Source of the DNA: the human T2T-CHM13v2.0 reference genome, Homo sapiens
NCBI RefSeq assembly: GCF_009914755.1
Contig: NC_060926.1
DNA: 64,000 nt
Reading direction: 5' to 3' (one strand)
Position numbers and translations under genes: made by a program. Of this stretch, positions 1 through 15,126 are shown in pieces. The notes beneath the pieces were generated by a model that saw only the letters and a list, made by a program, of their open reading frames with translations, did no database searches and had not been told where the DNA came from. How positions within the stretch are numbered: the first letter of the stretch is position 1; every line of letters starts with the position of its first letter.

Positions 1-660
1 CAAGATAAGGTACACGAAGCTTTATTTTTGGAATTTACAAGTTAGATTTTATAGATTCTTGTTCAGAAATAGCTGAACAAGAATAAAACTATGTTACCGA
101 AGTCCTTTAAATGCCATTTTCTGAGGTGAACGTTCTCAAATATGGATAAACAAAATTACATATCCAGACAAAAATCCCTATTTTTTTGCACAGAGTGGAA
201 GGAGGCCTGTTAAACTAACCCACTTAATAATGTATTTAGTTTTAATAGGGATAGATTTTTAAATTTTAAGGTTTAAAATATTTCTACATATGAATTCCAA
301 AATGAATTTTTGGTAGGTAGTGGCTCTAATTCCAGGAAATGTACCTTTAAAAATTGGTTCTTGATGTCTCAAACTTTGCATTTATGTCTATATTTATAGT
401 GAAGTTACAGTAAAAAGTCTTGCTGTGCTAGAATAATTCTAAATACTACATTCATACACATCTGTTATGTTTGTTTTTGGGGGCGGATACTGTTTGTTAA
501 TTTTCTCTTACTTGCAAAGCTTAATACTTGAGGCTTAAATACAATTGTATCTTCTATCCATGTTGTGAAGGGTCACTCTCTTTGTGTTCCTTTTGTACCT
601 TGCTCCTGTATACTGCTTGTGATTCATTTTTATTTAGGAAAGATCAAACCAAAGAAAATC

Positions 661-990
<330 letters not shown>

Positions 991-1322
991 TAATTGTATA
1001 TTCTGATTCGGGGGCGTACATTTACAAAGGGTAACTGAAACAAGTAAGTCATTTTCGTATGATTTAGAATTTAGAACAAATGAAAACTGTATAGATTCCC
1101 CTTTAAGGGAATTTGCCATTGTTCTACATATTTTAAGATAAACTTCTGTTGCATTTCTGCACAGAATAGAGGCTAGACAGAGCACCCTTATGTGCAGAAA
1201 TGAATAGAATGTACTTGTGTAATATAACGTACTTGTGTGTATACTTGTTCCATATACTCAGGCATTTACCTTGGAAATGGCCTACACTGAGCCACCGCTT
1301 GTGAATAATATTGTCTCTATAG

Positions 1323-1505
1323 GTGTGCAAGCATTTCCTGGAAGCTATTGAAAACAACAAGTATGGCTGGTTTTGGGTATGCCCTGGAGGGGGTGATATT
1401 TGCATGTATCGTCATGCACTTCCTCCTGGATTTGTGTTGAAAAAAGATAAAAAGAAAGAAGAGAAAGAAGATGAAATTTCATTAGAAGATCTAATTGAGA
1501 GAGAG
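1323..1505 (+). CDS. ZC3H15: ZC3H15 internal coding exon (second CCCH zinc finger region)
   Basis: ctctatAG| acceptor and |GTAAC donor; 183 nt, phase 0; [61 protein letters not shown]. Confidence 0.97.
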
Positions 1506-2741
1506 GTAACTGGTATCCTTTTCCTACCATAAAAACTGAAAGCAGTATTTATTGTGAAATTCTAATACTTACCACTTGGGGGCAATAGCCTTTTATGAAA
1601 GGAAAAAAAAATATTGTGATCTATTCCCAAAGTTGCCCTACTTTAATTATTCTTGTATGTGTAAAATGTTAACCTAGCCATAAACATTAGCCAATCATGA
1701 CATTAATTTTAGGATTGTGAAACAGTCTTTTAAGTACTAGCTAATGGCTTATCAAATTATTTCTGTAAGATTGAGTTACTAAAAATGCTTAGTTCTCAGA
1801 TTGGTTGAATTTTTATAGTTTTAGATTTTTCGCCCTGATATCTTTTTTCACTAGTATATTAGTTATTAGCATATGTACGGAAGAAGACAACACTCTAGTT
1901 TTTAAATTATATGTTTTATCAGCTCTGGACTCAAAACACTCACTCTGCTTATAGAAGGGAATGAGTCTGAAGAGGATATTCAGCTACTTGTCTTTGGCTC
2001 CGTACAAAACACAGTTTTATTCTATGAAAATTTTGAGATTATTAGAAACATTAGATTTAGGGTTGCATATTAAAAACTATATCCATTTTGCCTTATTATT
2101 TAGTGTCTCACTCAGGATATAACACACTATAATAGAAAATGTAGACTTCAGAATCAGGTATATTTGAGATGGTTTGTATACTGGTTCTGACACTTGTTAG
2201 CTATTCATCTTTGGTAAATTCCCCATTACCCTTTGTTCACCTATTTGTGGGGATCAGTGCATAGTGTGTGTAAAGCATTTAATACCTGGCAAGTGTTCAG
2301 CAAATTTTTTGTTCTATATATTTATTATTTGATTATTGGCCCTGAGGAGTAGGTGTTTGTTTGTTTGTTTGTTTGTTTAGTTTTATTTCTCATCTCCTCA
2401 GGAACACAAATGAAACTTGGATATTGTTATGGTGCTTTTTATAATATATTTATTATTTTCAGCAATTGATTCATGTTAAAACAATTTCTTATGACAAGTT
2501 ACTCATCTTCAATGGTGAGAAGAAATCTAGCTCAGAATAATATATTTTTAGTGTTTGTATCTCTGGATACTCATTTTGCTCATTGCCACGTAAAGTAAAA
2601 AAATACATAAATTAGCTTATTCCAATGTAATATCTTCAGGATAGTCATGGGCAAGGAATTAATCACATTAAGAGATAACTGCAACTAAGCACTATTTGAG
2701 GTGACTTCTGTGGAAAAAAAATTAATTCTTTACCATTGCAG

Positions 2742-2888
2742 CGTTCTGCCCTAGGTCCAAATGTTACCAAAATCACTCTAGAATCTTTTCTTGCCTGGAA
2801 GAAAAGGAAAAGACAAGAAAAGATTGATAAACTTGAACAAGATATGGAAAGAAGGAAAGCTGACTTCAAAGCAGGGAAAGCACTAGTG
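2742..2888 (+). CDS. ZC3H15: ZC3H15 internal coding exon (DFRP domain)
   Basis: ttgcAG| ... |GTATGT; 147 nt; [49 protein letters not shown]. Confidence 0.97.
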
Positions 2889-3030
2889 GTATGTCTCAGG
2901 CTCACCCAAACTGATTCTTTATTCTTCCATTTTCAATTTCTGTGTCATGCAAGATTTTGTTTCTATTTCATCAGTGACAAGGAATGTTTAGATTTTTGTC
3001 CTGAGTTGATATATTTGTGTGTCTCAATAG

Positions 3031-3132
3031 ATCAGTGGTCGTGAAGTGTTTGAATTTCGTCCTGAACTGGTCAATGATGATGATGAGGAAGCAGATGATA
3101 CCCGCTACACCCAGGGAACAGGTGGTGATGAG
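3031..3132 (+). CDS. ZC3H15: ZC3H15 internal coding exon
   Basis: ctcaatAG| ... |GTAAGA; 102 nt; [34 protein letters not shown]. Confidence 0.97.
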
Positions 3133-3749
3133 GTAAGAGGAAGCTTTGTGCCTCATCTCCTTATGTTAATTGAAAGAAACAATAGAAAATACCACAACAT
3201 GGTTAAGAGCCACCAACATCAGAGCCACAGTGCCTGCGTTCAAATCCTTACTCCAACCATGGGAAATTAATCTAGGCCTCCACCCTCATCTAATATGGAC
3301 ATAATGATTATCTCTACATCATAGTTTGTGAGAATTAATCGAGTTCATGAATTAGTAGTTCTTTATACAGCTTAGGACAGTGCCTAGTATGTGGTTGAGT
3401 GCTATATGTATTACCTGTAAAAAGTATGTTTTGTCCTCCCTCTAAAAGAGAGAGTTATTTTTTGGTTAATATTTTATGCTTAAAAGTTATGGGACAAGTG
3501 CACTAATTTAAAACTGCAGTGTAGGGAGCATGAGACAATAGCACAGTCATTTGGTTGTTGACAGATTTAGTAATAACAGATAACTTACTGTTCATTTTTT
3601 GTGTACTTACAAAATTCTGGCCTCTGGGTTGAAAGAAAAAAATTGTACTCTATATATAAAAATGTGATGGCAGAGGAAGAAGTTTCATATACCACCTTGC
3701 TATTCTTTTTAAACGAAGTTTAGAAAAAATAATTTTGAAAATAGATCTT

Positions 3750-3882
3750 TTGTTTTTGTTTTTTATAGAGACAAGGTCTGGCTTTGTTGCTCAGGCTGGT
3801 CTCAAACTCCTAAGCCCAGGTGATCCTCCACCTCGACCTCCCAAAGTGTTGGGATTACAGGTGTGAGCCTCCACACCTGGCC
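3750..3882 (-). mobile_element. Alu left monomer (FLAM-like)
   Basis: Only the left arm, ...ccacacctggcc. Confidence 0.85.
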
Positions 3883-4003
3883 AGTAATTGGTCTTTTGTT
3901 TTCACTTGGATCAGTGATAATTTTGGCTCATTAAGATAAATGTCAGGAGTAAAAGAAAACTGTTCTTATTTGTAACAACTTTCTTTTCTATATGTTGTTA
4001 AAG

Positions 4004-4127
4004 GTTGATGATTCAGTGAGTGTAAATGACATAGATTTAAGCCTGTACATCCCAAGAGATGTAGATGAAACAGGTATTACTGTAGCCAGTCTTGAAAGAT
4101 TCAGCACATATACTTCAGATAAAGATG
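4004..4127 (+). CDS. ZC3H15: ZC3H15 penultimate coding exon
   Basis: taaAG| ... |GTAAGT; 124 nt ending in phase 1; [41 protein letters not shown]. Confidence 0.96.
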
Positions 4128-5833
4128 GTAAGTATGCTAACTTTTGCCTAATTTTAAGAACTAGGAAGTTATCTAAAGGGGGTTATACCAGGCTTGGCAA
4201 ACTTAGATGTGTGCAGGTACCAGATTGGTAACATAAATGTGTGGTTTGACCATAAATAAAAGCAGTAATAAATAGTGAAAGGCTGTAGACATGAGCAGCT
4301 GGGTGTATATTAAAATCATTAATGGAAACTAGAAGGAGACAAAAATGAGTTTGGAGTTAAAGTCAATGAGTTCACTTCGGGACCTCATGAGTTTGAGATT
4401 TTTTGATTATCAAAAGTGCACTGTCTAGGATATTGTGTAGACATGAACACCCTACAGAACATCAGTGTTATGGGGTAAGTAAAAGAAGAAATGCTTAGGA
4501 AAGACATTGAGAAGGTCAGAGAAAAATCAAGAAACAAGTTTCCAAAGAAGCAAGTAGGATGAAAAAGAATATAAATAAGTTACTGGTTGTAATTGGTTAT
4601 AGGAATAGGGTGCCAGTTTCATTGAGACTGCAATGATAACGGTGAGAAGAAAAATGAATACAGTCCTCTCTCTCTTAATGTTTAGAGGGAAGACATGGTC
4701 ATGGGAAGGGCTTTTTAGGATATGGAAAACCTAAATGTATCTGTAGCTCAGAGGAAGAGGATCTGGTAAGGAGGAGAAGTTGATGATAAAAGATTAGTTA
4801 TAGAAGCAATACATGAAAGTATAAATAATGAGTTAGGTATGAGAATGGAGGGAAGGCTGTCTAGGATTGTTGGTATAATTTATGTCTAATTGTGCCTTGA
4901 GTTAGGTACTTGAAGAAAGGGGTAAAAGTTTGGCATGCTTGCTCTGGGAGAAAACAGCAGAAGAAATGCCCATTAAGGCAAAAGCTGAGACAGAAAAGGC
5001 TGAACATTATTTTTACAATAAAAGCACACAAGCTGTAACTTGAAAAACCAGCTTGCCCTCCCAAGATCTGAGAGTGTTAGCAAACCACTATCTTGCCAGT
5101 ATTCAGATTGACTTGCTCTTTGTAGAAGTAGGGGCTTTGGTGACAATAGGCACAACTGCAAATAATTCAGAGATTATAAAATTCCCAAGACTTTGTCATC
5201 AGAGATGTTTGAAATAACTAAAATCTAAATTAGGCTGTTAAAAAATGTCTGTGTAATTGTCAATGGCATTGAACAAGAAAAGGCAGCATTTTTTTTCTCT
5301 CAGTTATTTATAACCTATAAGAAAAAGTAGCTGTATAGCACTATGTTTTTTTTTAACAATTTGATTACATGATGAAGATTTTCTGCTGTCACAATCACAG
5401 CATTACAACAGCATGATTTAAATACTATTTGCAAAACCAAAAGCCAAGTAGCTGCTTATATTACAAACATTTTTTTGGTTTCCATAACCATTTAGTCAAA
5501 TAAAATATTATATGGAAATTGACTATTTAAAATCTAATTGCTAGGTCATGTAGGGAACACAGAGGTGTAGAAGATTGATCCTGCCCTCAAATGTATAAAC
5601 CATTAAGTAGTCAAATGACTACAGTGAAAAACAGTATTTTATAGTAGGTATAGATAATTGGCACAGATAAGCTCAGAAAAGAATGATCAGTTCTTGCTGG
5701 AGTAATTCTAGGGAAATGGCTTTCATGGAGAAAAGGAAAAGAGGAAGTGTAGTATCAGTCTATGTTGTCTATTGCTAATGTGGAATGGTGTTTTCTGCTT
5801 CTACGCCTTACTGATTCCAGTTTTTATATTTAG

Positions 5834-6024
5834 AAAACAAATTAAGTGAAGCTTCTGGAGGTAGGGCTGAAAATGGTGAAAGAAGTGACTTGGAAGAGGA
5901 CAACGAGAGGGAGGGAACGGAAAATGGAGCCATTGATGCTGTTCCTGTTGATGAAAATCTTTTCACTGGAGAGGATTTGGATGAACTAGAAGAAGAATTA
6001 AATACACTTGATTTAGAAGAATGA
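5834..6024 (+). CDS. ZC3H15: ZC3H15 last coding exon (acidic C-terminus, stop TGA 6022-6024)
   Basis: atttAG| acceptor; phase fits the previous exon; (E)[62 protein letters not shown]. Missing from the ORF track because it has no start codon. Confidence 0.96.
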
Positions 6025-6650
6025 CACCAAACACATCGCTGAAAAAATTAAGTCAGCTCAGCACGAGTTGAAATTGACTACATTAATTTCTTTCCACCTA
6101 GAATCAACAGGATGTTTATTTCCTATGCTGATTCTGGAGGAGTTAACCTCCTGCAAAAAAGGCATCTTGTCCCTACATCTTCTCTTCTGACTTTGGCTAC
6201 ATCTCATAGTAAGTTCAGAGTAGTTCATGATAAATTGAAAATATAATGGTCATTGCAGAAAATGATTGATGTTGTAACTGTCCACCCAAGTAAGAAGTGT
6301 ATCTGCCTTTCCATCTTTTGGTTTTCATTTGGGCATGTGCTATTACCAGAAACAACAAACTTATATTTAAAATACCCTTCATTTGACACAGTTTTTAATG
6401 AGTGATTTAATTTCCTCTGTATTTGTATGTTTAGAAGACTGCCTAAAACATGAGCACTGTACTTCATAAAGGAAACTGCGTATGCAGATTCAGTATTGTG
6501 TATCTTTGGACAATTAGATGGACATTTAAAATGGAACTTCTTTATCTGACAGGATCAGCTACAATGCCCTGTGTTAAATTGTTTAAAAGTTTCCCTTTTC
6601 TTTTTTGCCAATAAAGTTGTAAATAAAGACCATCATACATTAAAATCCAA
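6025..6650 (+). other. ZC3H15: ZC3H15 3'UTR
   Basis: Repeat-free sequence between the stop codon and the clustered poly(A) signals; exact 3' end inferred. Confidence 0.85.
6610..6644 (+). terminator. Polyadenylation signal cluster
   Basis: AATAAA 6610-6615, AATAAA 6622-6627, ATTAAA 6639-6644; T-rich tracts upstream (6590-6606) and downstream (6660-6676). Confidence 0.85.
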
Positions 6651-7312
6651 ATATGGGCCTTTTTTTAAGTTTTTCTATGAAAAATTTAACATTTCTAGCT
6701 TGAGAATTTTAAATACCTGTTATAATATCACATAGGCATGTTTTCTTAATATTTACTACAGAAGCATCTAGAGTACTTGACAGTACTACAATGAGTTTAA
6801 TAACACAAATACTAAGCTTCCAAAAAGAGACTTTAGGAGATGTTATATAAAAGAGTAACTTCTGAATTGATACAACATCAACCAAATTAAATATCACCTG
6901 CAGTTGAATCAAGTAATGCTTAAGAATTGTTTGTTGAGATTCATGGTGTTAAAATAGTACATACTACTGTAAGTATAAACAAATTCACCAGAAAACTTTG
7001 GGCTGAGGGTCTTTGGCACTAAGAGCCCCTGAAAAATTAGGGTGATAATACATTTAAAATGGACACAATTTGCTAATGACATATTTAGTACTAGCTACAC
7101 CTTTTTTATTGTTATGTTTTGTATTTTCAAATAATATGTTGCTTTTGTTATTTGCGAATATAAATAGATTTTAAGGCAACTAAGATAACAGCACTAAAAT
7201 GTCAGGTGAGCTGGACCCTAATCTCATTTCTGCCTCCGATAAATTATATGATTTTTAAATCTCTGAATCTTAGTTTCTTTATTTGCGTATTAAGGTTAAG
7301 ACTCAATGATCT

Positions 7313-7621
<309 letters not shown>

Positions 7622-8049
7622 TCACTAACGTACTTCTAAGTTGTAAAGCCTAAGAAATTTATGATTGCAAATCTTGTCAAATGATAACATCAAAGTTGAT
7701 AAAGAAATTGACTTCCTAGCTGTTTAGTACTAGTACTATACAACTGACAGTTTTTAAATATAGAACATCAGGAGCCAAGTTTATTTCCAGCTACAATGAA
7801 AGTGTACTTAAATACTTCCTATATATACTTTATATATTTTTTTAAAAAGCTTGAGTTTTAAAGTTTATTCATGAAAGATTTGTTCCATTTTTTTGTGAAA
7901 GTTTAAATGGTACTTACTGCATTATTTAATAATGAAACATTTTCAGAATAGTCTAAAGAGCTTAAACCTTTTTTCTATTTTGAAGTCATCTAAAACATTT
8001 TCTAAGAATTTATCTTATAAATAAAAGTTAGAATTCATTTACTTCAGAC

Positions 8050-8267
8050 CAAGCTTTTCCAACCTGAGGCCCGTGTGCCACATACCACCCAGAATGACTT
8101 TGAATGTGGCCCAACACAAATTTGTAAACTTAATTAAAACATGAGATATTTTTTTTTTGCAATTTTTTTTTTAATCTCAGCTATCGCTAGTGTTAGTATA
8201 TTTTATGTGTGGCCCAAGACAGTTCTTCCAGTGTGGCCCAGGGAAGTCAAAAGATTGGACACCCTTG
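8050..8267 (-). mobile_element. MER30 (hAT-Charlie non-autonomous element)
   Basis: Matches recalled MER30 consensus end to end; degenerate 8-bp flanks CTTCAGAC/CTTTCGAC. Confidence 0.85.
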
Positions 8268-8787
8268 CTTTCGACCTTAAGTTTGGGGGCTTTTTTTTTT
8301 ATCCTGTATATAAAGTAGGGCCATATAAACAAAAGGATGCTGAAAGACTTTAGGTGTGTTTAAAACAGTATTATCTTACAGCAAATAATGTGATCTCAAA
8401 AGTCAAGGTGTTTTTTAGTAAGTGTATAGATATAAAGCAAAATGGTTCAATGTGGAGGTAATTTTTTATACCTGCAAGTCTTTAATTACTGGGTGGCCTT
8501 CCTCTACCTTGCCCTGAAATTTCTTCCATTATTAAGACAATACGTGCACAGAGAATGCAAAAGTATTTTAATCTGAGACAATCAAAGTACAAAAATAAAT
8601 CTGCTTCTAAAATTATAGTACATTTCAGAGGTTTAAAGAAATAATTTTTGTATTCTCAGTATAGTTACTCAGTATTGGTACAGTTAATCTGAAATTGGCT
8701 CTACTTTTCCAAACCCATTTATATATAAATAACCATTACAGCCTATAGTGATCCCATGTTTGCCAGAATCTTTCTAAATTTAAAATA

Positions 8788-9116
8788 CAGTCATGTGTCA
8801 CGTAACGAAGTTTCAGTTGCCTCTGAACTACATATACAAAGGGGTCCCATAAGATTATAGTACCTGTATTTTTACCTTACCTTTTCTATGTTTAGATGCA
8901 CAAATACCATTGTGTCATAATTGCCTGCAGTATTCAGTACAGTAACATGCTGTACAGGTTTGCAGCCTAGGAAAATAGGTTATTTCATATATTTCATATA
9001 GTGGTAGATGGTAGGCTTTACCATCTAGGTTTATGTAACTATGATGTTCACACAACTGAAATCACCTAACAATGTGTTTCTCAGAACATATCCCTTAGTT
9101 AAGCGGTGCATGACTG
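8788..9116 (+). mobile_element. Tigger3a (Golem/MER7) MITE
   Basis: Terminal inverted repeats CAGTCATG...CATGACTG, preceded by TA; internal sequence fits Tigger3a. Confidence 0.88.
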
Positions 9117-10864
9117 AAGTTACATTGTGAATTTTACCTTATTTTTGCACAGATGGTATATCAGATGCTGTAAGCCCATCATACTGATATAAATGGACTG
9201 ATATAAATTGTATAATGGTACAATATATTTCTAATGTGTATTATTCAGCGCTGACCGTTAAGTGATTCAGAATGTGATAGCAGTGAGATTACAGGATCAG
9301 ATCATTGAGAAAGCATTGCATCTATCAGGTTTTAACACATAAAGTGGACAAAGGGAACTTACGGCAGACGTTCATACAGATAATTAGTAGAATTATTATA
9401 TGAGTTCTCTTCTTGTTCTGGGTAGTTAACTTTGTATAAAGAACTTTCAGAATCACAGAAGAGATTTCTACCTAAGTATAAGACTGTGATGCTGATACAT
9501 ATATATATCCACATACAATATTATGTTAATGCTTCTAGGTACTTAGCACACCATTCATATCATATGAACTCAGGTATATGTTGTAATAAATTCGTTTCAA
9601 GGCATACCAGATGAGAGGATAAACTCCCAAAATCTTGTGTTTTGGGTTTTTGTCTCTATTTTTAAGCATATATCTTACTGATGATAGGTGTTCTCTGAGA
9701 ATAAAGATAACACTTTACTTTTCAATTAGTAGAAATTACTAGAAGCTGAACTCTAACTAGAATCTGACAACATCTGCAAAATTTTATAGTACTTTAGAAA
9801 CAAACCCAAATGAAATAATAGTACAAAATGTATTTTCACATTTTCTCCTTTTAATGTTGTATTTTTTGATTGTTACTCTTTGTTAATGTCGAAAGAAAAG
9901 GAGATTCGTTTTCATTAATTTCATTAATATTGTGTGCTTTGCCACATGTACAGCACTTGTATTGGGCACTATAGATTGCATGAACTATATGACAGTTTAA
10001 GACATGGTCTCAGCCTGATTTGAGTATACATGTTAGAATGAGAAAATCACAACTATATAAGGCAGAACTAGTAAGTTCCTGACCATTAACAAAGATGCCT
10101 TTTCAATTAGACTTTCCAGTATTTTACATTCAGTTTCATTGAGTGAGTTTTTTTTTTAATAAAGATTTTCTTTGTGAAGATAATATGATGGACATTTTTC
10201 AGACAAAGGTGGTTATTTTGTACTCAGTCCCCAGAGGCATACATTTCTGTTACAGCTGATCTGGTTTTCAAACAGATACATGTAAAATTAACTAGTCCTT
10301 ATGGGACTTAAGCATCAGGACTTAGTTTCCTGATTCCTATGTAGTTAGCCTTATATTATAAACCAAAAGACAATGAAATACTAACTACTTTTTTTTGCCA
10401 ATTAATCTCTAGGGTGTTTTCAAAGGACCGTATATCAGCTTCATTCCAAATGTGTTTCATTTCACCTGTGACTCCTTTAAACTATATTTTTATCTAAGTC
10501 TTAGGAAACTGTATATTTCAGTGACAAAGATCATCAATATGACTTAAGAATTTTTTTATGTTACCATATTTAACTGATGATTACGTATTTTGAATTACCT
10601 TGTTTTTACAGCATGTATGGAAATATATCAAAGAATTTATAATTAAAAGTATTTAAAACCTCTCAAGTTAGAAGTATAGTATATAATATAGTAATTATAT
10701 GGATCACTTCATGATTGTGCATTATTGTATATATTGGACATATTTCACTTAAAAGAGAAATGTAATGCATGAGAAGTAGAATCCAATGTGTTAGGAATCT
10801 TCATTCCTGAATTTTTACACGGTGCTGAATAGGTACTGAAAGTAAAAATTTTAGTAACTAAATC

Positions 10865-11033
10865 TGCCAGGTGCAATCACATGTGCTTGTAGTTCCAGGT
10901 ATTCTGGATTCAAAGGCGGGAGGATCACTTGGTCCCAGGAGTTTGAGCCTGCAGTGCACTGTGATTGCATCTGTGACCAGCCACTGCACTCCAACCTGGG
11001 CACATAGTTGAGACCTTATCTCTTTAAAAAAAA
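10865..11033 (+). mobile_element. FAM (fossil Alu monomer)
   Basis: Monomer keeping the 7SL-like 'GTGACCAGCCACTGCACTCC...GGGCACATAG' segment, plus an A tail. Confidence 0.8.
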
Positions 11034-11825
11034 GCAGGGAAGGGGATGATTAAATCTTCTTTGATAAATTGATTTTGAGAATATTTCATTGAAAAACTAG
11101 ATAATTTGTGGAGATACATTGTCAGTTGTATACAGACTAATTAACTACATTGGTGATTCACTCCATGGACCATTTTCTTCAGATATGTTTGGAATTATTA
11201 TCTATTCCTACACTTATTGCACTAATGACTCACCTTAGAAGGAAAAGAAAAATTTTAATTTACTTAAAAAAATTTTTTTTTGATTGAATAGATAATTGTG
11301 TATATTTGTGGTTAATTATTATTTTACACTCCAGACCTATTTCTACACCTGTAGGGAAGAAACTTAATCACTGATATCGTCAGCCTGTCAGATACCACTG
11401 ATATCTTCAGTCTAGTTTTAAGAAAAACTAGGACTAAGAAGAAGTATATAATCAAGTTCAAGCTAATCATGGCCATTTTTAAATTACTTGGTCTTTTTTA
11501 ATACTTTTTCCCAGAGCAACCTTCTAAATGGAAGGGCAAAGCCTCAACTATCTAAAATGCAGCTTTTAAGGACTCTTAGATGTATGATATGCCTTATGTA
11601 CAGGAGATTCCATCTATACCTTGACACCCACACCACTCCCACCCCTGTTCTCTCTTCCAAGAAGGTTTTTGGCAGCAAATAGTTCTCTTTAATTATTATA
11701 TTTAAATATTTGTATATATTTAATTCACATTAGGGATAACAACTAAGAATTATTTAATTGGCAGGTTTATTAGGTAGTTGTTGATTGATGACATGTATAA
11801 CAATCCAAATGGTATGATAGGTGAA

Positions 11826-11973
11826 GCCAATGCAGTGGCACATGCCTGTAATCCCAGCACTTTGGGATTGCTTGAGCCCAAGAGTTCGAGGTTGCAGTGA
11901 GCCATGATTGCATCACTGCACTCCAGCCTGGGTGACAGTGTGAGACTCCATCTCAAAAAAAAAAAAAAAAAAA
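11826..11973 (+). mobile_element. Alu monomer (FRAM-like or internally deleted AluJ)
   Basis: ~130 bp Alu body followed by A19. Confidence 0.85.
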
Positions 11974-11976
11974 TTT

Positions 11977-12286
<310 letters not shown>

Positions 12287-14840
12287 TTTGTATAAAGGGT
12301 GAAGGTTTACCCTTTATTAAAAAAACGAAAGCAGAATCAATATTAGAAGAGACAGAAGTATTAACACATATGAGTTGTCTATAAGAAGATGAGAAAAAGT
12401 GAACTACCACCTCATAATGTTTAAAAGGCTGTGGGGGGATTCACAGTAACATAGTTCTATAGCATGCTAATGATTATATACCTCTGTGTTCATATACAGC
12501 ATGCTACTGTACAAAAATAATACTATCTAAAAATACAGGAATGCAAGGAACAAGTGAATATCATTTAAAGAATCAGTTCTCTTGATAATCCATTTGCACA
12601 AAATCAAAGGTTTCTTCTGGGCAAGTACATAAATGTACTTTTCACTCTTTACATGTGAGTGTCATGTGCATGTAAAAGAAAGGGAGAATCTCAAAGACTT
12701 CTATAGCTAGAGATAACAAAATATTCTTGATATTGAATAATCATGTTGAATGCCTTTTAAATCACTCTGAATGCATTAATGTAAAATATAACACTTTTAA
12801 AAGGTAGCACAGTTCCCTTCCACACAGAGTTAGCTGACCTCCCTATTTCAAAATTGCGGAATATGACTCACCAGAGAGGCATTTGGCAATTAATTTCAAT
12901 CAACTATCGCTAATAAGGGATAAACTACAATAAAATCCTAAAAATTAAGAGCCAAATATTCCTTGTTCAGATGTCATCCCCCCCCCAGTTTGATTATGTA
13001 ATCTGTACAATTATACGAAGAAATACAAGATTAAATAAGGTGAACTTCTGTTGAAGAGAGAATACCAGATAGTGTACTTCTTTTGCTGATTTTTTAGAAA
13101 TACTGAGTTTGAATTTTCAAAGGAAAGAATTTTAGCATAGGATAGCCATACCAAAGTGCTTTGTCATTTCAGCAAGCACCCTGAAATTTTTCATGTTAAA
13201 CTAGAAGTGCTATGAAAGTACAGTGTAGAATATAATTTTTATTACATTTAGAAAAGTATACTTATTAAGTCATTTTTAATCTTTTTACTGAATAGTTAAA
13301 TGTTCCAAAAATGATTTTCAGAGCATTACTGGACATTTTAATTAAAAAGAATTAGTATGAGGAGATAGAGACAATGGCAACTATCTACTGCTACTCCCTG
13401 CCCCCAGCAAAAAAAGTGCCATTCAGGAAGTAAGAAACAGCAAAAGTAGAATTTAAGTTTTCCTGAATGGATTTAACCTGTTAGCATTTAAAAATAGTAT
13501 TTTGTGGTCAGTCATCTTAAGCTTGTCTCTATTTTATCTATATTTACATAGTTTTTATTAGAAATAACACCCATTAAAATTTAACAGAAACTTTGTATGC
13601 TGCCTAGAACGCTAACTAGTTTATTGGAAGTCAAATAAAAATATAATTTTTTTAAGGTTTCAATAAGATTCTTAAATGTATAATGTAATGTATTACTGCT
13701 CATTCTTAAACAGAATTGCCTACTGCTAACAGTTTTGAAAAGATTGTCCATCTTTTTCATCTCTTCCCTTTGATAGTTGAAGATCAGAAGACCAAACATA
13801 AAATTCACTGCCAGAACTTGTCCAGAGGCAAACAGTAAAAGCATAGGAAAAATATTAAAGTGAGCCAATAGGATTTCAGAGGCCTAGATAACAAACTTAA
13901 GGGCGGCTAACAGGTTTATACTTGCACCTACATTTTTATATCTGGCTTAATTGCATAAGTAAATGAGCATCAACATACTTGACTGTAGAAATGAGAATGA
14001 GCCCTCTATGAGAAACAGAACAATATTTTGGATTTGTTTTGCAATGGTTTTTACATGGAAATTTTGGCCACAGTTTTAAGTGAAATATATTTTTCTTTTT
14101 CAAAATGGGAGCTTATATAGTGACTTATTAACATCTAAAAGTGTAAAACCAAATTTCAAAGAGGTAAATTGAGAGATATGTTTGATTAATTCCTCTGGTG
14201 AAACAAAATAGCTTTTCATAGATCTTTACTAAACTTTTTAAACAGCTTTAAGGTATATTTGACAATAAACTATACATATTCAAAGTGTACAATTTGGTGT
14301 TTGACAAATATATTTATTGTGAAATCGTAACAAGATATAATCTACATATTCATCCCTCCCAAAAGATGCTCCTTTGTAATCCTTTCCTCCCCAAACACCA
14401 ACCACCCACCAACTCCAGACAAGCACTGGTCACCATAGATTAGTTTATAGTTTTTTAATGATTTTATATAAATGGAATCATATAATATGTACTTTTCATT
14501 TTACTTCTACTCAGCATAATTATTTGGAGATGTATCTATGTTATTGCAGATATCAGTACATTCCTGTAAATTGCTTAGTAGTAGTATTTTGTATGGATCT
14601 GACACTGTCCATTCACTTGTTGATGGACTTGTGTTGTTTCCAATTTGGAGCTACTACAAATAAAGTTAATATGAATATTCACATACAAATCTTTGTATGA
14701 ACATATGGTTTCATTTCTTTTGGGTAAATTACAGGAGTGGAATGTCTGATTCATATGTTTTAAGTTTTTAAGAAATTTCTAGTGTTCTACAAAGTGGTTG
14801 TGCTATTTTATATTCCCAGTGGCAGTTTGTAAGAGTTCCA

Positions 14841-15126
14841 GGCTGGGTGCAGTGGCTCACGCCTGTAATCTCAGCACTTTGGGAGGCCAAGGTGAGTGGA
14901 TCACATGAAGCCAGGAGTTCGAGACCCGCCTGGCCAACATGGCAAAACCCCATCTCTACCAAAAATACAAAAAATTAGCCAAGTGTGGTGGTGCACCTGT
15001 AATCCCAGCTACTCCGGGTGGGGCTGAGGCACAGCAATTGAATTAGGAGGTGGAGATTGCAGTGAGACAAGATTGCACCACTGCACTCCAGCCTGAGCAA
15101 CAGAGTGAGACCCTGTGTCAAAAAAA
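14841..15126 (+). mobile_element. AluS nested in L1M
   Basis: Dimeric Alu; flanks AAGAGTTCCA / AAAAGTTCCA. Confidence 0.92.
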
